The translations under genes and the position numbers were made by a program. The notes beneath the pieces are model-generated. The model searched no databases. It was not told where the DNA came from and was given only the letters and a program-made list of their open reading frames with translations. Shown here one piece after another: positions 26,448-35,010 of a DNA stretch of 64,000 nt. How positions within the stretch are numbered: position 1 is the stretch's first letter; the number at the start of each line of letters is the position of its first letter. This DNA is from a virus (taxonomy: Duplodnaviria; Caudoviricetes). The stretch is from IMG/VR virus record IMGVR_UViG_2887127144_000001, one strand, 5' to 3'.

Positions 26448-26621
26448 TCAATCCTTCGGTTGGCCGCAGTAGATACACACCCCGTCTTGTGTGACGCAAA
26501 CAGTGTGGCGGATTTCGCCGTAACGCTTGCTGCCGTCTGGGTAGGTATATTCGGTCTGGTAGAATCCTGGCATGACCACCCTGACGCGGGCGTCAATCAC
26601 GGTTGCTTTGTAGACGGCCAT
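26448..26621 (-). CDS. Small hypothetical protein (MAVYKATVIDARV...CIYCGQPKD)
   Basis: Hand translation, 57 aa, TGATG coupling. Confidence 0.5.
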   Translation of the reverse strand: MAVYKATVIDARVRVVMPGFYQTEYTYPDGSKRYGEIRHTVCVTQDGVCIYCGQPKD

Positions 26622-27496
26622 CACTCCCCCATCTCCCGCTCAAGGGCGGCGAGGGCGGTTTTCACCATCCGCCAGTTGCCAGTTTCTATCCCGCGTTGCA
26701 GGCCAGCCCTGACCTGCACCAAACTCTCGCGCTTTTCCTGTGTCATGGCTGGGCGGGTAAGTTGCTGGCGAAGCCTTCCAACCTCAGCCCTTTCAGACCA
26801 GAATCTGTCGTACCAGTCATTCCCAGAATTTTGGGTTGGCCGCTGGCATCCCTCGTAAAGCCCCTCCATGTAGGCTTGATGCAGGAATGCCTCTATTGCA
26901 GATGGCGCACCTTTAATGGCCTCCACGGAATCGGTTAGATTCACACGAAGCGCCCATCTTTCTGCCATATTTTCAAGGCAGCGAATTGCCTCATCAATCA
27001 CCGGCTCCTGCGCTGGTGCGAGGGTGGGGAGGAGGGCTGCGACTACCGAGTTGGTTATCGCCTCTATGCCGCCTTCGGTTAGGATGTCAGGCGTAGAGAG
27101 CGCGGCATGCACCGAGTCACCGAGATGCTTCTTAATGGCAGCGCGGTAGTTTTGATGCCCTACGCGTACCGCCTCCCGAATCTTCTCCACCGCATCGGGC
27201 GCTACCATTTTCATGGCGTCAGGATTATGGTCTGTGGCAGCCTGTCCAGCAGATAGCACTTTTGCATGTTCCGCCTGCAACTTCTCGTACATTACAAGAA
27301 GCTGCGCATACATGGCCGATGGCACCGCATCGGGCTGTGGCGCGGGGCGGGTGCGCTCGTATTCGCCACGCCCACACCATGCGTCATAGGCTTGCGGGTG
27401 CTCAAGGAATAAAGGCGTTCCGCGCTTCTTCATCCATTTCTCAAACGCCTCGCGCTCACTCAGCGCCTCTGCGGGGGTGGTGTTTGTGGGGGTCAT
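26621..27496 (-). CDS. Mosaic phage early hypothetical protein
   Basis: EREAFEKW...AWCGR motif typical of lambdoid accessory early genes; lower GC. Confidence 0.65.
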   Translation of the reverse strand: MTPTNTTPAEALSEREAFEKWMKKRGTPLFLEHPQAYDAWCGRGEYERTRPAPQPDAVPSAMYAQLLVMYEKLQAEHAKVLSAGQAATDHNPDAMKMVAPDAVEKIREAVRVGHQNYRAAIKKHLGDSVHAALSTPDILTEGGIEAITNSVVAALLPTLAPAQEPVIDEAIRCLENMAERWALRVNLTDSVEAIKGAPSAIEAFLHQAYMEGLYEGCQRPTQNSGNDWYDRFWSERAEVGRLRQQLTRPAMTQEKRESLVQVRAGLQRGIETGNWRMVKTALAALEREMGE

Positions 27497-27744
27497 GCTT
27501 CATCCTTGATGTGCTTGGGTTGCTCGTCTCGCCGCTCGTAGGCCAGATACGGTTTGCCGATGGCTCGTATCCGGTCGTGGTGGATTCCGCACTGCCGCTT
27601 GGACAGGCTGGCCTCCCCGCGAGGTTGGATGTCGTACTGCCACGGGTTGCAGCGATGCACGCCCATGACCTTGCCCCGGCCTTCGTAGTTGCCCCGGTGG
27701 TCGAACACCATGACCTCTTGGCCGTGGGTGTAAGGTTCGGCCAT
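27493..27744 (-). CDS. Hypothetical protein
   Basis: Coupled ORF starting MAEPYTHGQEVMVF. Confidence 0.6.
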   Translation of the reverse strand: MAEPYTHGQEVMVFDHRGNYEGRGKVMGVHRCNPWQYDIQPRGEASLSKRQCGIHHDRIRAIGKPYLAYERRDEQPKHIKDEA

Positions 27745-28043
27745 CACCACCACCTCTTGTAGCTGTCGATGTTCTCCGGCGTGATGTTCCACACCTCGGC
27801 GATGACCTCGGCCCGTTCGTGGCTGTCGTAGATGACGTAGCCGTTCTTGCGGAGGACGACCGGCTCGGCGGGCTGATACACCTCAGACGGCCTCTTCACC
27901 GGCGCGGACGGTAGGCCATGCTTCGCCATCACGACGCTCATAGCCATGGACGCCAAGCCGGCGGCTATCAGGCCGTGGATGCCGGCGGAGAGCGGGGTGA
28001 GGCCCCGGTATGGACTGTCGAAGAGGCAAAGGAGCTTATTCAT
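27744..28043 (-). CDS. Hypothetical membrane-anchored protein
   Basis: 99 aa with one hydrophobic segment. Confidence 0.6.
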   Translation of the reverse strand: MNKLLCLFDSPYRGLTPLSAGIHGLIAAGLASMAMSVVMAKHGLPSAPVKRPSEVYQPAEPVVLRKNGYVIYDSHERAEVIAEVWNITPENIDSYKRWW

Positions 28044-28449
28044 GGTCGAATCCTTTCGTTGCGGGGTTGGTCGGGATGGGGCGGAGCGTGTCGCGCAGCA
28101 GCTTGCTGCCGTCGATTGGCTTCGGGCGAAATGTATCGAACAGCCGCTCGGCTTCGGCGGCGATCAGCTTGTCGCTGTCCACAGGGGTGACGCTGAAGGT
28201 GTGGGTCGGGCACAGCTCCTCCAGCTCTGTCAGCGCGTGGTCGAACTCGTGGGCCATGCCTTCGGAGACCTGCTCCATGATGCAGGCCAGCTCGCGCTCG
28301 TGGTACGAAACCCGGTCCTTGATCGCTGCGTCCACCACGGCCTTCAGGACGTTGTGCCAGTGGCGGTGCGCCCGCTGCAGCTCACCATCGGCCTCCTCGA
28401 CGCGGTGCTCGGGGGTGTACTCGATGTTGTCTCCTTTTCGTGCTGACAT
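28036..28449 (-). CDS. Hypothetical protein, first gene of the leftward operon
   Basis: ATG at 28449 with AAGG upstream. Confidence 0.65.
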   Translation of the reverse strand: MSARKGDNIEYTPEHRVEEADGELQRAHRHWHNVLKAVVDAAIKDRVSYHERELACIMEQVSEGMAHEFDHALTELEELCPTHTFSVTPVDSDKLIAAEAERLFDTFRPKPIDGSKLLRDTLRPIPTNPATKGFDHE

Positions 28450-28546
28450 GACGCTAACCTTTTTGTTGACTTGATGGAAACACCATGCCACAACTGGAAT
28501 AGCAGCGCAAGCACTATTTACGCGATGTAAACAACGAAGTGACAAC

Positions 28547-28717
28547 ATGCTGAACGACAAGAATTTTATGTCCGTAGCCGAGGCCGCTGAGGCGCTTGGC
28601 ATAACCCGCCAGTGGCTTCACAAGCTGGTCAAGGCCGGGAAGGCCCCGGCACATATCCAGGTTGCCGGGCGGACCATCTTCGACCGAGCGGACGTCGAAC
28701 GGCACGCCAAGAAGTAA
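28547..28717 (+). CDS. MerR/Xis-like (HTH_17) DNA-binding protein
   Basis: Hand translation MLNDKNFMSVAEAAEALGITRQWLHKLVKAGKAPAHIQVAGRTIFDRADVE; first gene of the divergent rightward operon. Confidence 0.8.
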   Translation: MLNDKNFMSVAEAAEALGITRQWLHKLVKAGKAPAHIQVAGRTIFDRADVERHAKK

Positions 28718-28738
28718 CCATTGACAGGGAGAAACCAC

Positions 28739-28909
28739 ATGAAATTCCAGATCACCCCCACGAAGAAGGGCCACACTATCGAACTGCTGGACGGGAACGG
28801 CAAGCCGATCATGAGCGGCACGCGCCGCTATGCCCGCGCCCGCGATGCCGAGCGGGCCGTCGAGCGCATCCAGGAGCGGGCGATGTTCGCCCCCGTGGAG
28901 GTCGCGTGA
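28739..28909 (+). CDS. YegP/DUF1508-like small protein
   Basis: MKFQI...LLDGNGKPIMSG-x-x-Y...AERAVERIQ pattern. Confidence 0.55.
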   Translation: MKFQITPTKKGHTIELLDGNGKPIMSGTRRYARARDAERAVERIQERAMFAPVEVA

Positions 28910-29043
28910 ACGCCCTCGGGTTCACCTGCGGCCTGCTGCTGCTCTCGCATCACGTAGGCTATCCTCTGGCGACGTCCAGCTGGTGGCTGTGCTTCGTCGG
29001 AGTGCTCCTCGGCACGTCATCCTCGTCGGGGAGGTCGAAATGA
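28906..29043 (+). CDS. Small membrane protein
   Basis: GTGA-coupled, two hydrophobic stretches. Confidence 0.4.
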   Translation: MNALGFTCGLLLLSHHVGYPLATSSWWLCFVGVLLGTSSSSGRSK

Positions 29044-29228
29044 AGATCGATTTGCTCACGCTCACCAGGCAGAAGTACTCCCAACGGCACCCGGAGCGCG
29101 ATACGCGCCAGATGCCGGTAGATGACACCCTCTTGGCTGCCCTTGAGGCCGTCGAGGAGCAGCTTGAACGCCTCCGGACGCGGCAGGAACGCCTGGAGGC
29201 CAAGCTGAACGCACGGGACGCGGAGTAG
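29040..29228 (+). CDS. Small coiled-coil protein
   Basis: GGAGG RBS, heptad-rich C-terminus. Confidence 0.6.
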   Translation: MKIDLLTLTRQKYSQRHPERDTRQMPVDDTLLAALEAVEEQLERLRTRQERLEAKLNARDAE

Positions 29229-29231
29229 GCC

Positions 29232-29843
29232 ATGCTGCACCACGCGTACCTCATCAAGGGATGGCTCCTCGACAAGGACCCGCCCGCGGCCGTGACCGAG
29301 GCACTGGAGGCGATTATCGGCTCTCTCGGCCGTGAGACGGCTCCCGAGCAGGCTATTCCGGTTCTGCCGATCCCCACTCAGCCACCTGCCCCGGCTCCTG
29401 ACACTGCCGATGAACAGCAGGAGCAGGCCGGCAGCGAACCCAAGGACGACCATGAGCCACCGGCTCCCGCCAGGAAGAAGCACAACATGTCCCCCGAGGC
29501 CCGCGAGGCCGCCCGGCAGCGAATGATCGCCATGCAGGCCCGGAAGCGGGCCGAGCGTGAGGCCGCCACAAGGGAACATCAGCCTGTCTTTACGAAAGAG
29601 GAGCTCCGCATCACCGTTCCCGCACCCAGGCGGAAGACCAGCTTGTCGGACGGCGACTGGCCCGAGATCAAGCGGATGCTCGCCGAAGGCCGGAGCCGAG
29701 CTGCGATCGCCAGCGATTACGACGAAGACCCCGAGGACCTCGACTTCTTCATCTCCTCCTGCCAGCGCCGGGAGGCAAGAACACCGGGGGAAGCCCTCGC
29801 GCCCCTGCCGGGAGCGGCGGCGGGCGCAGCGAGGCGGACATGA
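29232..29843 (+). CDS. Hypothetical protein with C-terminal HTH-like segment
   Basis: EIKRMLAEGRSRAAIASDY. Confidence 0.65.
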   Translation: MLHHAYLIKGWLLDKDPPAAVTEALEAIIGSLGRETAPEQAIPVLPIPTQPPAPAPDTADEQQEQAGSEPKDDHEPPAPARKKHNMSPEAREAARQRMIAMQARKRAEREAATREHQPVFTKEELRITVPAPRRKTSLSDGDWPEIKRMLAEGRSRAAIASDYDEDPEDLDFFISSCQRREARTPGEALAPLPGAAAGAARRT

Positions 29844-30286
29844 TCGCGGCTTTCATCCAGGAGCGCGGGGTGACGGTCTGCCCGCCGAGGACAGGGGATT
29901 GGACGCATAAGGCTACCGCCAATGGTCACGATACGCCGGATTGCTCTCTCTTCCGCGAGAGCAACACCAGCAGGACACCGGAGCAGAAGCTGGCGGTCGC
30001 AAAGATCCTCACGATGCTTCAGGACTTGGCCGGAAAGTCGCATGTCGGCGCGAGCGAGAGGGGCATAATCCGCTGGGACGCTGAACGCTGGTTCTTCGAG
30101 AAGTCTGACTTGGATCTCTGGTGCGAGATGGCCGGTCTTGAGGTACACGTCGTGCGGGCGAAGGCCCGTGACATTCTGCAGAACGGCTGGCCGCAGTGGC
30201 GTGCTGAGGCGGGAAAGGGGGCGCGCTACGAGGAGCGCAAAGCCTACCGGATCGGCCGCAAGCGCCGGAAGGCAGGCCTCGCATGA
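29840..30286 (+). CDS. Hypothetical phage protein
   Basis: ATGA-coupled, 148 aa. Confidence 0.65.
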   Translation: MIAAFIQERGVTVCPPRTGDWTHKATANGHDTPDCSLFRESNTSRTPEQKLAVAKILTMLQDLAGKSHVGASERGIIRWDAERWFFEKSDLDLWCEMAGLEVHVVRAKARDILQNGWPQWRAEAGKGARYEERKAYRIGRKRRKAGLA

Positions 30287-30323
30287 AGCAGCCCCCTATC
30301 GCCGTTGACCGGAGGGCAAGCTG

Positions 30324-30710
30324 ATGGCCCGCGAGATCGACTGGTCGCCCGAACTCCACGACCCCGTCCTGATCCGGCTTCGGAAGGGACGCAAGCTCAG
30401 CATCGAGGCCTGCGCCGAGGAGATGCGGTTCAGCTACAGCACCATCCGTCGGCACGCCCACCGCCTCGGACTTATGCCGACCCTCAAGCCGAACCTGCCA
30501 TCCGAGCCGCCTCCGCCGAAAAACGAGAAGCCCAACCCCATGGCCGTGGCCCAGTTCTGGCTCGGCACACGCCTCGAAGAGCGACCGGCCGGGTACTTCC
30601 TGGACCGGCAGCCAGCCGGCCTCGATACGATTATGCGCGAGGCGAACCGCGTGGCCATGGCCAGCGGCGCCGAGCCGCTGCTCTACAAGGACAGCTGGCG
30701 GCCATGCTGA
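30324..30710 (+). CDS. HTH protein with GcrA-like N-terminus
   Basis: DWSPE...LIRLRKGRKLSIEACAEEMRFSYSTIRRHAHRLGL resembles the GcrA N-terminal W-T-x-E...S-x-x-x-IA...HRLGL pattern. Confidence 0.5.
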   Translation: MAREIDWSPELHDPVLIRLRKGRKLSIEACAEEMRFSYSTIRRHAHRLGLMPTLKPNLPSEPPPPKNEKPNPMAVAQFWLGTRLEERPAGYFLDRQPAGLDTIMREANRVAMASGAEPLLYKDSWRPC

Positions 30711-30892
30711 TCACCCCGGGCTTTGCGATCGTCTACAACCGCACCTACGCCCTTCGGCAGGAATACGAGCTGGCCCGGAAAGAATACGACGAGGTCTTCG
30801 ACCTGCCCTACGACGCCCCGGACCGTCGCGAACGATTCCAGGCCGCCCGGGAGCGGATCGACCGAGCCAGGGGGCTGCTCGCCAGTGCGTAG
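30704..30892 (+). CDS. Small hypothetical protein
   Basis: Overlapping start, helical. Confidence 0.5.
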   Translation: MLITPGFAIVYNRTYALRQEYELARKEYDEVFDLPYDAPDRRERFQAARERIDRARGLLASA

Positions 30893-31058
30893 TAAGCCCG
30901 AGGAGCCAGCCGACGACGCGGAGCGGACCGGTTTGCCGATCCAGCCGGTCGACACCTACACGGACGAGCTCGGACGGAAGATCACGATCTATCCCACTCG
31001 CTACGCCGAGGGAAGCGGCGTCCAGCCATTCACGGCCAAACCGAGGCGTCGTGAGTAG
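30885..31058 (+). CDS. Small hypothetical protein
   Basis: GTG start overlaps the upstream stop. Confidence 0.45.
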   Translation: MRSKPEEPADDAERTGLPIQPVDTYTDELGRKITIYPTRYAEGSGVQPFTAKPRRRE

Positions 31059-31413
31059 CGAGTCGGTAATCGTCGCCCAATGCCTCGAATGGCTCGCGCT
31101 CCATCGCGTGTTCGCATGGTGCAACAACACCGGAGCTGGCAGAATCGATGGCCGCTGGATCAGATACGGTCATCCGGGAAGCGGCGACATCCTCGGAATC
31201 CTGCCCAGTGGCTTGTTCCTCTCCGTCGAGTGCAAGACCCCCACTGGCAGACAGGCCAAGCAGCAGAAACTGTTCCAGAAGATGATCGAGCGGAACTGCG
31301 GCGTGTATATCCTTGCACGCAACGCCGCCGACCTAGAACGGCACCTCATCGAACACCCACGATTCGCAACCTTCGGCCTGAACCTCGGCGGGCGGAATGG
31401 CCTCGGCAAGTGA
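31051..31413 (+). CDS. VRR-NUC domain nuclease (resolvase-like)
   Basis: GSGDILGIL...FLSVECKTPTGR...QQKLF PD-(D/E)xK pattern. Confidence 0.8.
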   Translation: MSSESVIVAQCLEWLALHRVFAWCNNTGAGRIDGRWIRYGHPGSGDILGILPSGLFLSVECKTPTGRQAKQQKLFQKMIERNCGVYILARNAADLERHLIEHPRFATFGLNLGGRNGLGK

Positions 31414-31533
31414 GCACACCCCGCCGCTCCAGTGCTGGCATGTGCGGCAGGATCGCCGGACATCAATACGTTCGAGAAAAGTCAATAAAGTCCTCAACGC
31501 CTGCAGCATCTCCTGCCTCAGCTTCGGGTCCAT
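31333..31533 (-). CDS. Small Cys-rich protein with DEVPF tail
   Basis: CRTCQHW...C...GCESWVFDEVPF, a typical neighbour of this helicase type. Confidence 0.6.
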   Translation of the reverse strand: MDPKLRQEMLQALRTLLTFLERIDVRRSCRTCQHWSGGVCSLAEAIPPAEVQAEGCESWVFDEVPF

Positions 31534-33148
31534 TAACCGTGAATCCTGTAAGGTCATAGCCAGTAATCTCCCAGTACTTATCTTGCTGCTTCACACGAAT
31601 GCCGAACGGCTTTCGCAGCACGTCGGCATAATATAGGGCCGTCTCAATATGGTCGGGTGGCTCGATGCCGGACCGCCGCTTCCACCAACCGATCGCCTTC
31701 GCCCTCGCGAAGCCCGGCGGGTGCTGGAGGCAGATCCACTCGCGATAGGTCTGAAGGCCGCATCGGTACTCGACCCTAAGGCTCGGAATCTTCCCTTCCT
31801 TTGCATGCTTGTGATAGCTGACCGACTCGACCCTGACCCACTCGCCAAGGTCGGGCGGAGGCGGTGGCTCAAGAACCATAACCTCGGCCGTGCTCGCCTC
31901 GGTCCCGTGACTAACCCGCTCTGGCCGGGTGAACGGGCGGCCGCAGTCGGCGCACTCCAACGTGCCTAGGGGGGATGCCATCCGGCAGTCTGGGCAAACC
32001 AGGCAGGTTCTCTCGTGGGACTCACGAGGCCCTCTACTGCCTGCCGCGCGCGGCGGCTTGAGCTGGGTGATTGGCCCGTGGTAGTCGATGTTCCCGGCGT
32101 AATCAAGGACGAGGCAGTTCAGTTTACCGGGGTGCAGCCGCATCCCCCGGCCGAGGATCTGGTAGTAGAGACCGGGCGACAGGGTTTTCCTCAGCAGAAC
32201 GAGCAGGTCGATGTTCGGGGCGTCGAAGCCGGTCGTGTGCACCCCGAGCGACACCAGGGCCCGCAACTTCCCAGCCTTGAAGTCGGCGTGCGCGGCGTCC
32301 CGCTCGTCGTCGGGCGTGTCGCCGTGCACGAACCTGGCGGTGATGCCACGAGCGAGGAGAGCAGCCTCGACGTGCTCCCCGTGGGTTCGGCCCGCAACGA
32401 ACACGAGCCATGATTTGCGGTCCGAGGCCAGCGAGAACACCTCGTCCAGCGCGGCCTGAGTCAGCTCCTCCTTGTCCACCGCGGCTTCCTGCTGGCGGTT
32501 GTTGAGTTCGCCACCTTCGATCGCCACCCCGGTCAGATCGGCCTGGATCAGCGAGGGGCGGCTCTTCAGCGGGCTGATGTGCCCGGCGTCCAGAAGCTCG
32601 GTCAGGCTCACCTCGGCCGCGATGTCGGTGAACAACCGGTCTTTCCCCTCGTGCAGCATCCCGGTCTTTAGGCGGTATGCCGTTGCCGTGAGGCCCACGA
32701 CCTTGAGCCGCGGGTTGGTCTGCTTCAGCCCTTCGAGGAACGTGCGGTACATGGAATCCGAGTCGGGCGAAAGCAGATGGCACTCGTCGATCAGCACCAG
32801 GTCCCGCCAGCCGAAGAGGTGGGACTTGCGGTAGACGGACTGGATGCCGGCCACCGTGATGGGATCTCGGCTGCGTTTCTGACGGAGCCCGGCGCTGTAT
32901 AGCCCGGCCGGAGCCTGCGGCCAGAAGGCCGTGATCTTGCCGAAGTTCTGTGCGAGCAGCTCCTTAACATGCGACAGGATCATCAGCCGCTGGTCCGGCC
33001 AGGCCTGGAGGATCACCTTACATAGAGCACCGATGATCACGGACTTCCCTGCCCCGGTCGGTAGGACGAGGAGCGGATTGCCTGTGTTGTGCTCGAAATA
33101 CTCGAACAGCCCGTCTATCACACGCTGCTGGTAATCTCGGAGCTGCAT
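31463..33148 (-). CDS. SF2 DEAD/DEAH-box helicase (RadD/YejH-like) with zinc finger
   Basis: MQLRDYQ, LPTGAGKS, DECH, LTAT, TTGFDAP, QILGRGMR, CPDC...CADC. Real start is ATG 33148. Confidence 0.93.
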   Translation of the reverse strand: MQLRDYQQRVIDGLFEYFEHNTGNPLLVLPTGAGKSVIIGALCKVILQAWPDQRLMILSHVKELLAQNFGKITAFWPQAPAGLYSAGLRQKRSRDPITVAGIQSVYRKSHLFGWRDLVLIDECHLLSPDSDSMYRTFLEGLKQTNPRLKVVGLTATAYRLKTGMLHEGKDRLFTDIAAEVSLTELLDAGHISPLKSRPSLIQADLTGVAIEGGELNNRQQEAAVDKEELTQAALDEVFSLASDRKSWLVFVAGRTHGEHVEAALLARGITARFVHGDTPDDERDAAHADFKAGKLRALVSLGVHTTGFDAPNIDLLVLLRKTLSPGLYYQILGRGMRLHPGKLNCLVLDYAGNIDYHGPITQLKPPRAAGSRGPRESHERTCLVCPDCRMASPLGTLECADCGRPFTRPERVSHGTEASTAEVMVLEPPPPPDLGEWVRVESVSYHKHAKEGKIPSLRVEYRCGLQTYREWICLQHPPGFARAKAIGWWKRRSGIEPPDHIETALYYADVLRKPFGIRVKQQDKYWEITGYDLTGFTVNGPEAEAGDAAGVEDFIDFSRTY

Positions 33149-33654
33149 CAGTCCTCGACCTTGATGCGCTTGGCCTTCTTGACCTTCTCCGGCAGGTGCT
33201 TGGCGGGCAGCACCCGCTGGTACTCGCCCGACTGCTGGACCATGACGCGGTCGCCCTCCTTGATGCCCTCGATCTCCTTCTCGAAGGTCTGGACGATGGT
33301 CAGGATCTCGCCGTTCTCCAGGGCGACGGTGAACTCGACCCCGTCGTAGTCCTGGATGGCCTGCTCGACCATGTGCCCGGCGATGCCGGCCACCAGTGCG
33401 CCGGCGATCATGCCGCCGAGGGAGCCTCCGCCGTTGCCGATGTACGAGCCGCCGAGGGCGCCACCTGCGGCCCCGGCCAACGCGCCGGTCCCGGTGTTCC
33501 TGCCCTGGACCTGCACGAGGCGATAGGAGACGACGGTGCCGAACATGACGCGGGTCGCCTTGCCGACGTCCGGGTATCCGTAGCGGTTCTGGCCGGGGTG
33601 CTGGCAAGCGGTCAATAGAGTTAACGCTAAACACATTGCAATCATTCTGTTCAT
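33148..33654 (-). CDS. SlyB-like glycine-zipper outer-membrane lipoprotein
   Basis: Lipobox LLTAC, GTVVS-x-R-x-V, GALAGAAGGALGGSYIG glycine zipper, GVEFTV-x-LENG-x-x-LTIVQ, GDRV. Confidence 0.8.
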   Translation of the reverse strand: MNRMIAMCLALTLLTACQHPGQNRYGYPDVGKATRVMFGTVVSYRLVQVQGRNTGTGALAGAAGGALGGSYIGNGGGSLGGMIAGALVAGIAGHMVEQAIQDYDGVEFTVALENGEILTIVQTFEKEIEGIKEGDRVMVQQSGEYQRVLPAKHLPEKVKKAKRIKVED

Positions 33655-33671
33655 GGTTATTCTCCTTACGA

Positions 33672-34406
33672 TTAATATCTTTGATGGCAGGCTTCGTGGA
33701 AGTCGCACATTTTGCATTTGAAGTACTCCGGCCGCTCCGAGAGGCGGGCCGGAGGCGATCCCGCCGACAGGATTCGCTGGGCCTTGGCAAGTAGCGCCCT
33801 GGCCATTGTCGGATTTGCCTCGGTGCGGCAGGCGTTGTGATCCCGACCGCCGGGCGTGCAAACCGTCAGGAAGTGGCGGGTCAGGTCGAGCAGCTCCATG
33901 TAGACGACGGCCTGGGCGTAATACACCGGGTCCCAGGCTTGGAGCGTCAGCTTCTCCCCAAGCGAGGACTTCAGCTTCCCGAACTCGTCGAACTTCTTCT
34001 GGCCGACCTGCTTGTGTTCCCAGACGTGGGGTGTCTCGGGTGACTGCAAGAGGCCACGGATCACGCCGTCGACGTGCCAGCCAAACCTTCCCTCGAACAA
34101 GGTTCCCCCGATCTGTCCTCCCGTCTGATCGTCCTCCGTCCAAAGCTCCACGCCGGGCACCATTCGTAGCCGCTCGGCCATGATGGCTTCGCCCCGGTGG
34201 CCGTCATCGAATCGCTTGATGCTGGCTGCGTTGAATGGCTTGCGCGGGACCTCGGGCCGGATCGAGTACCATAGCTTTCGCTCGCACTCGTCGCCGATGG
34301 CCGACGCCCCGAGATAGGAGCGGCGAGGCTCCAACGCCTTACGCCGCTCCAGTTCCCGGTCGATCGCCGCGAGCGTGGGGTCGCACACTTCGGGGATCAG
34401 CGCCAT
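33672..34406 (-). CDS. Cas4-like PD-(D/E)xK exonuclease
   Basis: YLGASAIGDECERKLWY, HVDG, WEHK, Q-x-x-x-Y, C-terminal CKMCDFHEAC. Confidence 0.85.
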   Translation of the reverse strand: MALIPEVCDPTLAAIDRELERRKALEPRRSYLGASAIGDECERKLWYSIRPEVPRKPFNAASIKRFDDGHRGEAIMAERLRMVPGVELWTEDDQTGGQIGGTLFEGRFGWHVDGVIRGLLQSPETPHVWEHKQVGQKKFDEFGKLKSSLGEKLTLQAWDPVYYAQAVVYMELLDLTRHFLTVCTPGGRDHNACRTEANPTMARALLAKAQRILSAGSPPARLSERPEYFKCKMCDFHEACHQRY

Positions 34407-34409
34407 GGG

Positions 34410-34925
34410 CTACTTACGGGCCCAGGCGGGGGCCGCCTTCGCTCCTGCGGAGGCCGACCCGGTAGGTGCACCGACAGCGCTGGAAACCCCTTCGCTGCCA
34501 ACAGCCTCGAAGCCCTTGATGACATTTCGGGGGTTGTAGCCTTCCTTCCGCTCGACATCGACCTTGATCATCAGCGGCTTGTTATGCAGCTCGCTGGAGT
34601 CCTTGACTTTCAGCTTGCCGACCGCATGGCAGACCGCAGATAGCTCACGCTGGCCGATTTCCTGGGCCTGCGGGTTCGTGTTGACAATGTTGAGGTTCGA
34701 GAAGATCAGGGCATCTTTGTGATCGCCCTCGATGACGCGGAAGCTCAGGGTCAGGAGGCGGTCATTCGCCTCCGGCCCACCGTACTGCGTGGCCTCCTGC
34801 GCCTTCTTGGTGGGTTTCACGTCGCTGGCCTCGATGATCGCCTTGTACCAGCCGGGGGGCACCACTTCGCGTGGCTTGGAGGGTTCTACCTGGGAAGCGT
34901 CGAATTCAGCACCTAAGTAAGCCAT
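34410..34925 (-). CDS. DUF669-type phage single-stranded DNA-binding protein
   Basis: VPPGWYKAIIEASDVKPTK, LNIVNTNPQAQEIGQRELSAVC, DSSELHNKPL, PAWARK tail. Confidence 0.8.
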   Translation of the reverse strand: MAYLGAEFDASQVEPSKPREVVPPGWYKAIIEASDVKPTKKAQEATQYGGPEANDRLLTLSFRVIEGDHKDALIFSNLNIVNTNPQAQEIGQRELSAVCHAVGKLKVKDSSELHNKPLMIKVDVERKEGYNPRNVIKGFEAVGSEGVSSAVGAPTGSASAGAKAAPAWARK

Positions 34926-35010
34926 AAGTCTTTCCTTTCGTAAGTTGATTGATGGTTGTCGGCTTGAGCGGGGAGCCACCCCAATGGCGGGGGTCAGGCC
35001 GCCATGTTCC

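Noticed and set aside
31463-34143. Long ORF-track versions 31463-33790 (775 aa) and 33148-34143 (331 aa) as fusion proteins
   Set aside because: The N-terminal extensions are off-frame read-through of neighbouring genes; the real starts are MQLRDYQ (33148) and MNRMIAM (33654).
33672-34406. Cas4-like gene as a sign of a CRISPR-Cas system
   Set aside because: No repeat-spacer array or other cas genes were seen; it sits in the usual phage Sak4/SSB/exonuclease/helicase module.
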